Position numbers and translations under genes: made by a program. Under the pieces are notes generated by a model that was given only the letters and a program-made list of their open reading frames with translations, was not told the origin of the DNA and searched no databases. From Promethearchaeota archaeon (lineage in GTDB: Archaea > Asgardarchaeota > Lokiarchaeia > Sigyniarchaeales > SOKP01), in NCBI GenBank assembly GCA_019057795.1, contig JAHLWS010000055.1, forward strand, positions 1 through 42,627: a stretch of 42,627 nucleotides of DNA, written 5' to 3'. Shown here in pieces: positions 9,774 to 19,511 of the stretch. Within the stretch, counting starts at the first letter, position 1, and every line of letters begins with the position of its first letter.

Positions 9774-10796
9774 TTGATATTGAAATTATTTTTAGTAGAT
9801 CAAGGTAATTTAAAAGAAATTAAGAAACCAGTGTTTAGTACTGGAGACACATACATCGTGGACGACGACAAAACAATTTACGTGTGGATAGGAAGTAAAT
9901 GTAGCGTAGATGAAAAGACAGCTGGTGCTGCACAAGCTCGAACTTTAGACCAACAACGGGGTGGAGCAGCAAAAATAATAACTGTTGACCAAAATCAAGA
10001 AACATCTGATTTTATGAAATCAATATCTACTATGGGCGCTATGAAGGTTGTTGAGAAGAATTACGCAAAAACTCTTCTCAAAGATGTATCTACGGGGGAT
10101 TTTGCTGGATTCTCAGAGTGGAAGAATGTTCTATATCGCGTTTCGGCTGAAGAGTTTGATGGAATTAACACTATGAAAATGATTCAAGTCCCATTCACTA
10201 AAGATTCTTTAGATTCAGAAGATTGTTTTATTGCTGATTTAGGTAATAAAGTTTACATCTGGCAAGGAAGTACGTGTAACGTAAAAGAAAAAGTTAAAGC
10301 GGGTCAATGGGCTAGACACATTGATGCTGAGAGAGCTGGCGCCCAAAATGAGAAAATCTTTGAAGAAGGGGACGATAGCGAATTTCTCGCAGCGATAGAT
10401 AGAGGGGTGGATTACAAAGAATCGGACGCCGTTCAATTAAGAGCGGAATCAGTGTTGGAACCCGAAACAGAAGCCGATAAAGCCGCAGCAGAAATTCAAC
10501 CAGAACTCAAATCAGAAGTTAAAGAGGTCACTCCTGACGAAATAAAAGCAGATATTGCCCAGATTAAGGCAGTAAGTGCTTCTAGTGCCAGTCCTGGAAT
10601 TCCTGGACGACAAGACGATTCTATTTTAACCGTTGAAAAACCTGAAGGACGCAGAAGATGTCCAAAATGTAACAATGAAAATAAGATGATGATTCACGAA
10701 ACCGTTGACAAAAGCAACATAATTCTAGATTATCCCAGAGTTTACGGTAAGAAATATAATTGTGGCCAGTGTGGTCAAGAGTGGCGTGAAAAATAA
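9774..10796 (+). CDS. Asgard two-domain gelsolin with acidic linker and C-terminal Zn ribbon
   Basis: Two gelsolin repeats (GDTYIVD..KTIYVWIGSKCSVDEK; LDSEDCFIADLGNKVYIWQGSTCNVKEK), then CPKC...CGQC. Confidence 0.9.
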   Translation: MILKLFLVDQGNLKEIKKPVFSTGDTYIVDDDKTIYVWIGSKCSVDEKTAGAAQARTLDQQRGGAAKIITVDQNQETSDFMKSISTMGAMKVVEKNYAKTLLKDVSTGDFAGFSEWKNVLYRVSAEEFDGINTMKMIQVPFTKDSLDSEDCFIADLGNKVYIWQGSTCNVKEKVKAGQWARHIDAERAGAQNEKIFEEGDDSEFLAAIDRGVDYKESDAVQLRAESVLEPETEADKAAAEIQPELKSEVKEVTPDEIKADIAQIKAVSASSASPGIPGRQDDSILTVEKPEGRRRCPKCNNENKMMIHETVDKSNIILDYPRVYGKKYNCGQCGQEWREK

Positions 10797-10864
10797 GCAC
10801 GAATTTGTTTCAATTTTTTTATCTTTTTTTAATTTAAGAATTTAATGTAAGAATTTTAAAAGGT

Positions 10865-12142
10865 TTAAGATTTTGTAATATCTCTACGCATAACTTTAAT
10901 TTTTTTCTTTAACTCAACTATCTCACTATCTTTGGCTTTGTATTTGGATTCAAGCTTCAGTTTTTCGTCCTTAACTTTTTGCATTTCGGTTAGAATCCTG
11001 TCTTCGATCTGTTCCACTTCGTATAACTTGTCTTTTAATTTTTTTCCATTTTCCCTTAAATCTTTTATTTCGGCTATTTGTTCGTCAATGACATTTCTTA
11101 AATTCATTATTTCTAATTCGAGTTTCCCAGAAACATTGCCAGATTTTTCCTGGGATTCTTCTAGTCTCGCTTGAATTTGATTGACAAATTCTTCATTTGT
11201 TATATTTTTTTGAGTTAATCTTTCAATCTCTAGCACTAAATTATTAATCCGTTCTTCTTTTTTCTCTACATCTTTTTTTACTAAACTGAAAGTTTCAAGT
11301 TTCTGTTGCATATCTTTTATCGATTGATTGTAAGATTGTTGCGAGCTTTCAAGTTTAAAGATTTCTTTTTCTTTTTCAGTAATAATTTCGTCTTTCTTCT
11401 CTACTAATATCGTGACTTTTTCGAATTTTGATTTTTGAACCGTATCATTTTCTAAATATTGGAGTTGTTCCATCATTTCTTTAATTTTGTTGTCTTTTTC
11501 TTGTAGTCGTTCAACTAACCCTTCATGCGCTGATTCCTCGGACTTTAATTGTTCTAATTCTGAAGTAAAGTTTTGAATTTCCTGATTTTGATCGTTAATA
11601 ACATTATTTAACTCGTTAATCTTGTTAGTTTGATCTTGAATAATTTGGTTTTTTTCTTTACTTGAGAAATCTAATTCTTGAATTTGTTGGTTTTTATCTC
11701 CTAACTGAGATTTTAGCGTTTCAATTTCTTGTTCTTTACTCTCGATTGAACTGCTTATCTCTGAATCCTTTATTGTGACTTCGTTTAATAATTGAATTTT
11801 TGATTCGAGCTCATTTATAACTTCATCTTTTTGAACAACTATTTGAAGTAGGTCTTCTATTGTGGAATTGGTTTCATTAGTTAATTGAAGGGTTTTTTCT
11901 TTTTCTTGAGAGAGAGCATCAGATGAAATTTTAATACTTTCGTTTTCTTCTTTAAGCTTACTGATTTCTTCGTTAAGTTGTTTATTTTGTTCTATAAGGA
12001 GATTTAATTGCTCTCTGAGATTTTCTTCATCGGAAAGGGGAGTTTCCTCTTCCAATTCTTTCTCTTCAATCCAGCCAAGTGAACTTAACGCGTCTACCAT
12101 CGACGCATCTTCTTCTTTTTGATCTCTCTGTTCCTCTGCCAT
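10865..12142 (-). CDS. Long acidic coiled-coil protein
   Basis: About 380 aa of near-continuous heptads rich in E/K/Q with almost no Pro; no ATPase motif. Confidence 0.75.
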   Translation of the reverse strand: MAEEQRDQKEEDASMVDALSSLGWIEEKELEEETPLSDEENLREQLNLLIEQNKQLNEEISKLKEENESIKISSDALSQEKEKTLQLTNETNSTIEDLLQIVVQKDEVINELESKIQLLNEVTIKDSEISSSIESKEQEIETLKSQLGDKNQQIQELDFSSKEKNQIIQDQTNKINELNNVINDQNQEIQNFTSELEQLKSEESAHEGLVERLQEKDNKIKEMMEQLQYLENDTVQKSKFEKVTILVEKKDEIITEKEKEIFKLESSQQSYNQSIKDMQQKLETFSLVKKDVEKKEERINNLVLEIERLTQKNITNEEFVNQIQARLEESQEKSGNVSGKLELEIMNLRNVIDEQIAEIKDLRENGKKLKDKLYEVEQIEDRILTEMQKVKDEKLKLESKYKAKDSEIVELKKKIKVMRRDITKS

Positions 12143-12417
12143 AATATTATAAACAATTTTTGTTCTATTAAATTTTTCTAGTTGTAATTAAAATTATAAT
12201 CTTGTTAAAATGAAAATTGTTAATCAGAATTAACCCAAACTATATTACATTAACTTTAGATAAGCATAGCTATCATAAATTTATATTATAAAAATTTAAA
12301 AAAAATTGATTAGATTTTGATATTCAAATAATTAAACAAAATTAGAATAAAAAAGTGATATTAATTTCTGAAGAGAAGGTATTAAATCGAAATTAATTTA
12401 TCATAAATACGCATTTA

Positions 12418-13635
12418 TTACGCTCCTAGCAGATTGATCTGGATTAATAACAGAGATGCAATTATTATAATTCCCGAGCTCACGAACCATGCCAGAGCGG
12501 AAGCGAGAATACCTTTTTTAAAAGGTTCAGTTCCTATGGCAGTAACTATTACTGCTACTACGATGGAACTAAAAACAAAAACATACATAATCACTAGATT
12601 CGTCATACCTGCGATTGTAGGTATTGCACTAACAATAAAGAGAGCAATAGTACCATTTAGAGCATTAATCGAGTCGAATGACTTCACGCCGAATCGTTTA
12701 GATAATACACCCATTAGATTATAGATAAACAAATATTCAATGACCACGAAACCAGAACCTAATATTGTAACTATTATAATAAGAGATATAGTGAATACTA
12801 AGAGAAAGCTGTTGAACTCTGAGTTTATTATAACTCTTACCGCCACCCCGATGATAACCAAGAATGATACATACATACCAGCCACAGACACATGCTTAAT
12901 CTTACTTGGTTTCTTTGGTCTCTCACTAGAACGGGGATGCGTGGAGAAGAGTCTCCAGTGAGACCCTGTCGCTCTATTTTTTACTTTTCTGAGAGTCCTA
13001 TTGTGTTCATCCATTTTCATTAGAGCGCTACTGAGTGCGGCGGGATTAGATGTACTATCGGCCAATGTCTCAATGTTTCGGAGTAATGTGAGTGATAAGA
13101 TTAGACCAATTGATATTATCGTCACATAAGCGAACACGAATATAATAAGTGTGTATAATGCTATTGATACAATAGAGAACACAACAAAAATCGACAGGAT
13201 CCCAGGCATCATTAATGTGAGGTTATGCATTTGGCGGATGTGATTATCCTCGTGATTTATGATTTCCGAAAACTCTAATTCGTTAAGAAGTCCAATGAGT
13301 CCCGTGCTTACTATGATATATCCGAAATATTTCCAGAATCCCACCGCTAAGGCATTTGCGATTTGATCATCTATTTCATAGACAGACACGCCTAACTTGC
13401 TTTTCCCGATCAGTTTAACCGAACCTAGCTTCAATGAGCTCTTCAGAAGAATTCGTGCAATGAAAATGTACAACACTATAATCAATACTCCACCAAGAAC
13501 AAAACTCAAGGTGAGTCCAATGAAATTTATGGCTAAAGATCCAGCAATACTAACTGGAAGGAATGCGAAAAAATTGATCGTACAAAAACGCATGAAGTTT
13601 ACGCCTGGTTTTTTTGTGGTAGAATTGTTGCTCAT
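12418..13635 (-). CDS. M48 (HtpX/Ste24-like) membrane zinc metalloprotease with extra C-terminal TM domain
   Basis: ANALAVG, HEDNH (HExxH), ETLAD (ExxAD), FSTHPRSSER; multiple TM helices; GGAGG RBS. Confidence 0.8.
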   Translation of the reverse strand: MSNNSTTKKPGVNFMRFCTINFFAFLPVSIAGSLAINFIGLTLSFVLGGVLIIVLYIFIARILLKSSLKLGSVKLIGKSKLGVSVYEIDDQIANALAVGFWKYFGYIIVSTGLIGLLNELEFSEIINHEDNHIRQMHNLTLMMPGILSIFVVFSIVSIALYTLIIFVFAYVTIISIGLILSLTLLRNIETLADSTSNPAALSSALMKMDEHNRTLRKVKNRATGSHWRLFSTHPRSSERPKKPSKIKHVSVAGMYVSFLVIIGVAVRVIINSEFNSFLLVFTISLIIIVTILGSGFVVIEYLFIYNLMGVLSKRFGVKSFDSINALNGTIALFIVSAIPTIAGMTNLVIMYVFVFSSIVVAVIVTAIGTEPFKKGILASALAWFVSSGIIIIASLLLIQINLLGA

Positions 13636-13654
13636 AGTAAATTAACCTCCAATA

Positions 13655-14134
13655 TTAGTATTCTTTTGTGAAGACATATTTTCTGTCCAGAAAGAACTTT
13701 GTAATATAACCAATAGATAAAGCGACTACAAAACTAACTTCTAAAGGTGCATTGAAAAGGTTGGTTAAGATAAATTGACTTCCTACATTTAATATTGTTG
13801 TTAAGATCGCGAATCCAAAGTATTTAAAAAACTCCTGTGAAGTTTCCTTGATTTTTAAGCTTGATTTTTTGAAAACTATATACTTATCTAGAAAAAACTT
13901 AATTATGTACGTAATCCCTACGGCTGCAATCGAACCTATAAATTCAGGCATATTATATGGGCTAGTAGAGCAATAAAAAATTTGGATAAACTCTATACTT
14001 CCAAAACTTCCACAGATAAAAGGTGCAATAACTATTTGGTTTGTCTTTTGAATAATATAGTTTAGCGTAATCATACAAGCGGCAAAAATAAAATAGAGCG
14101 CCATTTGCTTCTTAATGTTATCTTGATCTTCCAT
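13655..14134 (-). CDS. GtrA-family membrane protein
   Basis: Two KFFLD[KR]x[YV]-VF repeats and 4 TM helices. Confidence 0.8.
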   Translation of the reverse strand: MEDQDNIKKQMALYFIFAACMITLNYIIQKTNQIVIAPFICGSFGSIEFIQIFYCSTSPYNMPEFIGSIAAVGITYIIKFFLDKYIVFKKSSLKIKETSQEFFKYFGFAILTTILNVGSQFILTNLFNAPLEVSFVVALSIGYITKFFLDRKYVFTKEY

Positions 14135-14189
14135 ATTTTAAATCAATCAAAAATTAGTAGAATGTTCAAAATTTATTTTCCAATTTAAG

Positions 14190-14819
14190 TCATTTTTTTA
14201 TGCGGTTTTTCCAAGAATCTTCTTGTTCATCGATATATCCTTGTTCCTGAATTGGTTCCTGAATTGGTTCCTGAATTGGTTCGTTAATTTGTCTTGTCAA
14301 CTGAATAACACTTTCGGAATCCTCTGCTTTGGATGATGCCATTCCTAATATTGATGGTTTAACACGTTTAACTTCTTTACCAGTCAGCTTTCTGTACAAT
14401 CTCTTAAATCCATAAAGAATTAAGCTAAAAGTTATTGAGAACAAGAAGTATACGGCCCACCATCCACTTCCAAAAATTAAGATTGGAAACGGAAGAAGTC
14501 CTTCCGCATAACCAGCATATACAGTTCCAATGACAACAAAGATCCCCCCAAAAATAAGGCATCTTACACAAATCGGAATCGTTTGCTTTTTTATCATTAA
14601 TTTATATAGCTCCATTGATTCTCGTTGTAGTTCTAGCATTATTTGAGCGTTTCCAGTAAGTTGAGCCGTTCTCATTCGTTCTAGTAAGTTTTTTGCTTTT
14701 TCCTGCATATCTCTTACGGCACCCGTATTTACGCCCATAATTCTATTAAGAATCTCGCTCACAATAATCATCGTTATCGTAATAAACATTATTCCTAGAA
14801 TAATTTCTTCGTTTGCCAT
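14190..14819 (-). CDS. EMC3/TMCO1/Get1-like (DUF106, Oxa1 superfamily) membrane insertase
   Basis: TM1, Met/Gln-rich coiled coil, TM2, LPFP..FG.GWWAVYFLFS TM3. Confidence 0.75.
   Translation of the reverse strand: MANEEIILGIMFITITMIIVSEILNRIMGVNTGAVRDMQEKAKNLLERMRTAQLTGNAQIMLELQRESMELYKLMIKKQTIPICVRCLIFGGIFVVIGTVYAGYAEGLLPFPILIFGSGWWAVYFLFSITFSLILYGFKRLYRKLTGKEVKRVKPSILGMASSKAEDSESVIQLTRQINEPIQEPIQEPIQEQGYIDEQEDSWKNRIKK
14243..14282. repeat. 12-bp in-frame tandem repeat (about 3.3 copies) encoding PIQE repeats
   Basis: GTTCCTGAATTG x3 + GTTC. Confidence 0.9.
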
Positions 14820-14927
14820 TTTTCCTCACTATTATATGAAAAACACAATTTTAAATAAATTTTATTATCTCAATTTAGGAATTAAGATTCTATACTATAA
14901 ATAGCAAAGGATGAATATTTGAAACTA

Positions 14928-15992
14928 TTATCTTAAATTTCCTTTCAGATAACCTTGAATATATTTAGGGTATAATGTTTTCAATGTTGTTGGGAGACTT
15001 GAGGCAATAGCACATCCCAAACGACACTTATCGCAAAAATCATAGGTGTCGTGCTGCTTCATTATTTCTCTTACCTCACTTGAGTAATAGATGTTATTAA
15101 TAGTATCTTTTAGTGCGTTAAAGCTTTTTACAGGGTGAATTTTACATGGATAATCTATGAAACCATCGTACCTCACAAATAAATAAGCTTCTGCTACGTG
15201 ACATCGCAAACTCGTTTGATGATATTCTGGAGCCCCTCCAAAGCCCCCCTTTTCTACAACATTAATACTAATAGGGTCGGTTAAGATATTTTTATATTTA
15301 GATCTTAAAGAATGAAGTAATTTTGCCCAAACTGAAAGATCGGGAATCATATCTTCTATGTTATTAATTTTATATTGAAAATTTCGATGATCTCTTATAA
15401 TATCTTCGCACGGAAATAATTCTATGGAACAATTTAGGTTTTCGGCCAATTCGCAGATATTTTCAAGAAATTGTATGTTGTCTTTCATAACAACGGTGCT
15501 AATTATAACGCTTATGTCTCTTTTATTTGATAAGGTTATCGTTTCCATAACTCTATCAAAAACTTTAATTCCTCGCTTTTTATCGTGTAATTCTGCTGTA
15601 GGGTAATCGAGAGAAAGTAATATGTAATCTAAGCCCTCTAGCCTACTTTTTTCCTTTAATAATTGAGGCATTAAATATCCATTTGTCGCGATTCCATTCA
15701 TAAAATCGTGAATAACTCCCGCGTGATAGACTAATTCTGGAAGATCTTTCCTTAGCGTTGGTTCGCCTCCGGTAAAAGAAAGCGCGTTAGCCCCCAATTC
15801 AGATATTTGATCAATTAACGATTTTATCTGGTGTGTAGTCATCTCATTAGATTTAAGTCGTTTTGGTATCAAATGAATTGAACAAAAAGGACAGGTCGCA
15901 TTACATCTTAGCGTAAGTTCAATTTGTGCCGAATACGGTACTTTTTTATTAGTGAATTTGTTCAGGGTGAAATTTCGAATATATCTGAGCAA
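14928..15992 (-). CDS. Radical SAM enzyme with C-terminal SPASM/twitch-like Cys cluster
   Basis: CNATCPFC (Cx3Cx2C), TGGEPTLR, TNG, SLD; C-terminal C...YPC...CDKCRLGC. Confidence 0.9.
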   Translation of the reverse strand: MLRYIRNFTLNKFTNKKVPYSAQIELTLRCNATCPFCSIHLIPKRLKSNEMTTHQIKSLIDQISELGANALSFTGGEPTLRKDLPELVYHAGVIHDFMNGIATNGYLMPQLLKEKSRLEGLDYILLSLDYPTAELHDKKRGIKVFDRVMETITLSNKRDISVIISTVVMKDNIQFLENICELAENLNCSIELFPCEDIIRDHRNFQYKINNIEDMIPDLSVWAKLLHSLRSKYKNILTDPISINVVEKGGFGGAPEYHQTSLRCHVAEAYLFVRYDGFIDYPCKIHPVKSFNALKDTINNIYYSSEVREIMKQHDTYDFCDKCRLGCAIASSLPTTLKTLYPKYIQGYLKGNLR

Positions 15993-16196
15993 ATTTTTTA
16001 CTCTTATTGGAGGGATTTTATTTCACCTTGATGTGGTATATGACTTGTTATGAACTATTATCATTTAGTTGTGTTAGAATTAAAAAGATAACCAAAAGAA
16101 ACCATCGTAAAATAGCGATAGTTTTTTGACAAATAAGATAGATTTCATAGTAAATAAATAAAAAAAAGCTTAAAAAAAAATTGTTTTAATTCAGAA

Positions 16197-16535
16197 TTAA
16201 ACTTCAGTTCCACAACTTTTGCAGATATATTTTTTAGCATATATCTTCATTCCGCCTTGTTGGAATAGTACTTGAGTTTTATCTTCTTCAGTGTTAAATG
16301 CAGTCCCCCCACAAGCTGGACAAACCCTTCTCCCCTCAACTGGTGGCTTCTCTATAGCCTTTTGTTCTTCCTCTTGTTTTTCAACTAAAGCAGAGGGCTT
16401 CACATATTCATCTCCTGTTGATGAAGCCGTTGTTTTAATAGATGTGCTTACAGAGTCGCTCGTGTTTAAAAGTTTGTCTAATTTATTGTTAATTTTTTCT
16501 AGTAAACTTATTACTTTATCTTCGAATTCAGACAT
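16197..16535 (-). CDS. Small protein: N-terminal coiled coil, S/T linker, C-terminal Zn ribbon
   Basis: LLEKINNKLDKLL; EGRRVCPAC...KKYICKSCG; GAGGAG RBS. Confidence 0.75.
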   Translation of the reverse strand: MSEFEDKVISLLEKINNKLDKLLNTSDSVSTSIKTTASSTGDEYVKPSALVEKQEEEQKAIEKPPVEGRRVCPACGGTAFNTEEDKTQVLFQQGGMKIYAKKYICKSCGTEV

Positions 16536-16674
16536 TTAATCATCTCCTCATTCTATTTTTTTAAAAAATATATTTTTTATTAGATGATCTAAGATTTTTA
16601 TTAAAAATTTTTGTAAAAAGAAAATTGAAAGTTTTCTTAAAATAAATATAAAATAGAAGATTACAAGATAAAAA

Positions 16675-16965
16675 TTAACTTATCATTGGAGCTTTTAACT
16701 TTCTTGGTTTTCTTGATTTGGCTCTTGTCTCATAATTTTTATTTGCGTAATGGATGGAAATTCCTAGCCCAATTAGATAGAGAGAAATTAATAAATAAAA
16801 AATCCAAAATGTAAGGCTTGCTATGAAGAATGTCAAGTTTGTAATCCCTAGTGGTAATGCAAAAAAGAATATACCAATAATTGCGATTAATGAGGAGGTG
16901 GTACCACATATGCAATCAAAATAAATTGCAATTCTTTCATTTTTAATTTTTTTATTTTCATTCAT
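16675..16965 (-). CDS. Small 2-TM membrane protein
   Basis: Two hydrophobic segments and a basic tail; GAGGA RBS. Confidence 0.6.
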   Translation of the reverse strand: MNENKKIKNERIAIYFDCICGTTSSLIAIIGIFFFALPLGITNLTFFIASLTFWIFYLLISLYLIGLGISIHYANKNYETRAKSRKPRKLKAPMIS

Positions 16966-17284
16966 TATTCTATCCTCATTTAATAGAAATTATAAAATTA
17001 ATATTACTTAGATGATATAAGATTTTTATTAAAAATTTATGTACACATAGAATTGTAAAAAAAAATTAAATAAAATAGATTTTTTCATTTTATAGCTTAA
17101 AAAATCCCGAATCCTTTGACGTTTTCATAGATTATGTCTTTGAAATTGTATTTTTCTATTAGATTTTCCCAATAATCGGTCGCGTTTTTTAAAGATAAGG
17201 TAGGAAATTTAGAGATTCTAAAAGAGATGATTGAAATAATCTTTACTATAGAAAAAACTGGAAATAGGTTATAATTTATTATAG

Positions 17285-17740
17285 TTAAAATTCTCTTCTT
17301 TTTCCTTCTATAGATTCAAAATAATCGAGAACAGATTCTCTTATTTCAACGGCAGGAAAAATTAGCCTTGATTTATTTATGTAGTCCATGGCATCGTTCC
17401 AACTCCATGTGGGGTTTTCCTTTAAAATCCACGCTACGATAATTCCTCCACTTCGAGATATCCCCATAGCACAATGTACTAAAACCTTTCCATCCTTTAC
17501 GTGTTGATCGATAAAGGATAATATCTCTTCTATATAACTGTGGGGTGGGTACCAATCGTCGGGAAACCCTTTGTAAAGGTAGGTAAATCCTAAGCGTGTT
17601 GGATCGTAAAAGTCTTCTTCCATTAAGTTTACTATTGCCGTAATCCCAATTTTTTTAAACTTTTCGAAGTTTAATCTTGGCCAATAAGCACCTATATACA
17701 AATTATCGTGAACTTTATAAATTTGATCTAATTCAACCAT
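17285..17740 (-). CDS. Dual-specificity protein phosphatase
   Basis: LYIGA, GITAIVNL, VLVHCAMGISRS (HCx5R). Confidence 0.92.
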   Translation of the reverse strand: MVELDQIYKVHDNLYIGAYWPRLNFEKFKKIGITAIVNLMEEDFYDPTRLGFTYLYKGFPDDWYPPHSYIEEILSFIDQHVKDGKVLVHCAMGISRSGGIIVAWILKENPTWSWNDAMDYINKSRLIFPAVEIRESVLDYFESIEGKRREF

Positions 17741-17810
17741 TGTAATATCCCCAAAGCTCTTTTGAGATAATTACTAAATATTTTCAGTGTCATTTTTACA
17801 AAAAAAAGCC

Positions 17811-18191
17811 TTAATATTTTCCTAAATCTCTGCTAGCAATAATATTAACGCCTAATTCAAGTATATTTTCTATGAGAACAGCCCCCATTTTAATTGGCGC
17901 TTTTACTTCAGCTTGAGCGATCTCGTTTAATGCGTCTCTTAATTTATCTTTTAGAATTGGTTTATTACTTCTTACCGGGATTAAAGGTAAGAAACCATTC
18001 TCCACCCTAATTGTCGTTGTAAGGATTCTCTTAGGGGAGTAATATTCTTGCTCTGCGTATTCCAATCCCCTCTCACAAGTGTACCCTTCAAATGATATTT
18101 CAGAACCCTTTGAAATCGCTTTTATTTGGCAGCCAGTGGGACATACGATACATCTAATTACTTTTACAACGCTTACACTACTTTCACTCAT
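17811..18191 (-). CDS. DUF1667-like CxxCxxxC small subunit of a G3P dehydrogenase/oxidoreductase cluster
   Basis: CIVCPTGC, GYTCERG..YA..E...PKRILTTT; third gene of the glpA-like operon. Confidence 0.85.
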   Translation of the reverse strand: MSESSVSVVKVIRCIVCPTGCQIKAISKGSEISFEGYTCERGLEYAEQEYYSPKRILTTTIRVENGFLPLIPVRSNKPILKDKLRDALNEIAQAEVKAPIKMGAVLIENILELGVNIIASRDLGKY

Positions 18192-18212
18192 TATTTAACT
18201 CACCTATGATTT

Positions 18213-19511
18213 TTAATCCTCCTCAATTAATACCTCTGGTCGAGGAATCACATCAATTGTTATCGATTTGCAATCCGGGTTTATACCGGACTCTCCTAGA
18301 TTTATGTTCAATTCAAGCATTTCACTTGGGATGACGTAAATTTTCTTTCTTTTATAGATTATGCTATTATTTTCGTCTTTAAATTGAATAAGAACCCTTC
18401 TATCGGGATATTTAACTCTGAATGTAAAAATTATTTCTTCTGATAAATTTCGTTTATTGATAATATCTGGTTTAACATAATTTACATTTTCGCCAGGGAC
18501 ACACTTGATTATTTCCTTCTTCATTAATTCTTTACCATACCTCGAGTTGATATATTCTATTGCGTTTTTTCCAGCTCGTTTAGCCTCAGCAGTTACCAAA
18601 TCCACTAAATCGTGAACTTGTAATACATTTCCACAAGCGAATATACCATCAATTATCGTCTCCAAATTCTCATCAACTACAGGTCCTCCGTTTTTTGATA
18701 ATTCAGCTCCTGCTTGCAGAGTTAACTCATTTTCAGGAATTAACCCAACAGATAATAACAAAGTGTCGCATTCAATGAATTTATCTGAACCTATTATTCT
18801 ATCAAAGTTTCTACCTACTTTTGAAATGGTAACTCCTTTTATGCGATCTCTTCCGTGGATTCGGGTTACGGTATAGCTCGTTATGAGCGGGATCCCGTAA
18901 TCCTCTAAGCACTGAACTTGATTTCGAAGTAATCCACTTACATAAGGTTGGATTTCCACCACAGCCTTAACTGTACAACCTTCCCAAGTCAATCTTCGAG
19001 CCATTATCATTCCAATATCTCCACTTCCCAAAATCACATAAGTATTTCCTGGTAGATACCCTTCGATATTAACAAACCTTTGAGCTTGCCCAGCAGTATA
19101 TATACCAGCAGGTCGAAACCCTGGAATATTAATCGCTCCTCTCGTTTTTTCCCTACAACCCATCGCTAAGATAATTGCTTTTGCTTCAACTTCAATTAAT
19201 CCTTCCTTTTTGTTCACTGCATATAACTTTTTATCTTTAGTAATTTCAATTACCGTTGTATCTAGTATATAGGGAATTTTTAAATCTTTAACTTGGTTAA
19301 TAAATCTTTGAGCGTACTCCGGACCTGTTAATTCTTCTTCAAATTCTTTCAAACCAAATCCATTATGGATGCATTGTAAGGTTATCCCTCCTAATTCTTT
19401 GTCTCTCTCGATAATTAAAACGCTTAAATCCGCTTCTTTTACTTCTATAGCTGCTGCAAGCCCACCCGCTCCAGCGCCTATAACTACAACATCCGCTTTA
19501 TATTTCTTCAT
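18213..19511 (-). CDS. FAD/NAD(P)-dependent pyridine nucleotide-disulfide oxidoreductase
   Basis: GAGAGG, GGITLQCIHNGFG, AMGCRE, ILGSGDIG, FACGNVLQVHDLVD; start overlaps upstream stop (ATGA). Confidence 0.9.
   Translation of the reverse strand: MKKYKADVVVIGAGAGGLAAAIEVKEADLSVLIIERDKELGGITLQCIHNGFGLKEFEEELTGPEYAQRFINQVKDLKIPYILDTTVIEITKDKKLYAVNKKEGLIEVEAKAIILAMGCREKTRGAINIPGFRPAGIYTAGQAQRFVNIEGYLPGNTYVILGSGDIGMIMARRLTWEGCTVKAVVEIQPYVSGLLRNQVQCLEDYGIPLITSYTVTRIHGRDRIKGVTISKVGRNFDRIIGSDKFIECDTLLLSVGLIPENELTLQAGAELSKNGGPVVDENLETIIDGIFACGNVLQVHDLVDLVTAEAKRAGKNAIEYINSRYGKELMKKEIIKCVPGENVNYVKPDIINKRNLSEEIIFTFRVKYPDRRVLIQFKDENNSIIYKRKKIYVIPSEMLELNINLGESGINPDCKSITIDVIPRPEVLIEED

Noticed and set aside
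10865-12142. SMC/Rad50 chromosome partition protein
   Set aside because: No Walker A/B, signature motif or hinge
12434-13645. Plus-strand ORFs 12434..12724, 12740..12961 and 13397..13645
   Set aside because: Antisense shadows of the M48 protease gene
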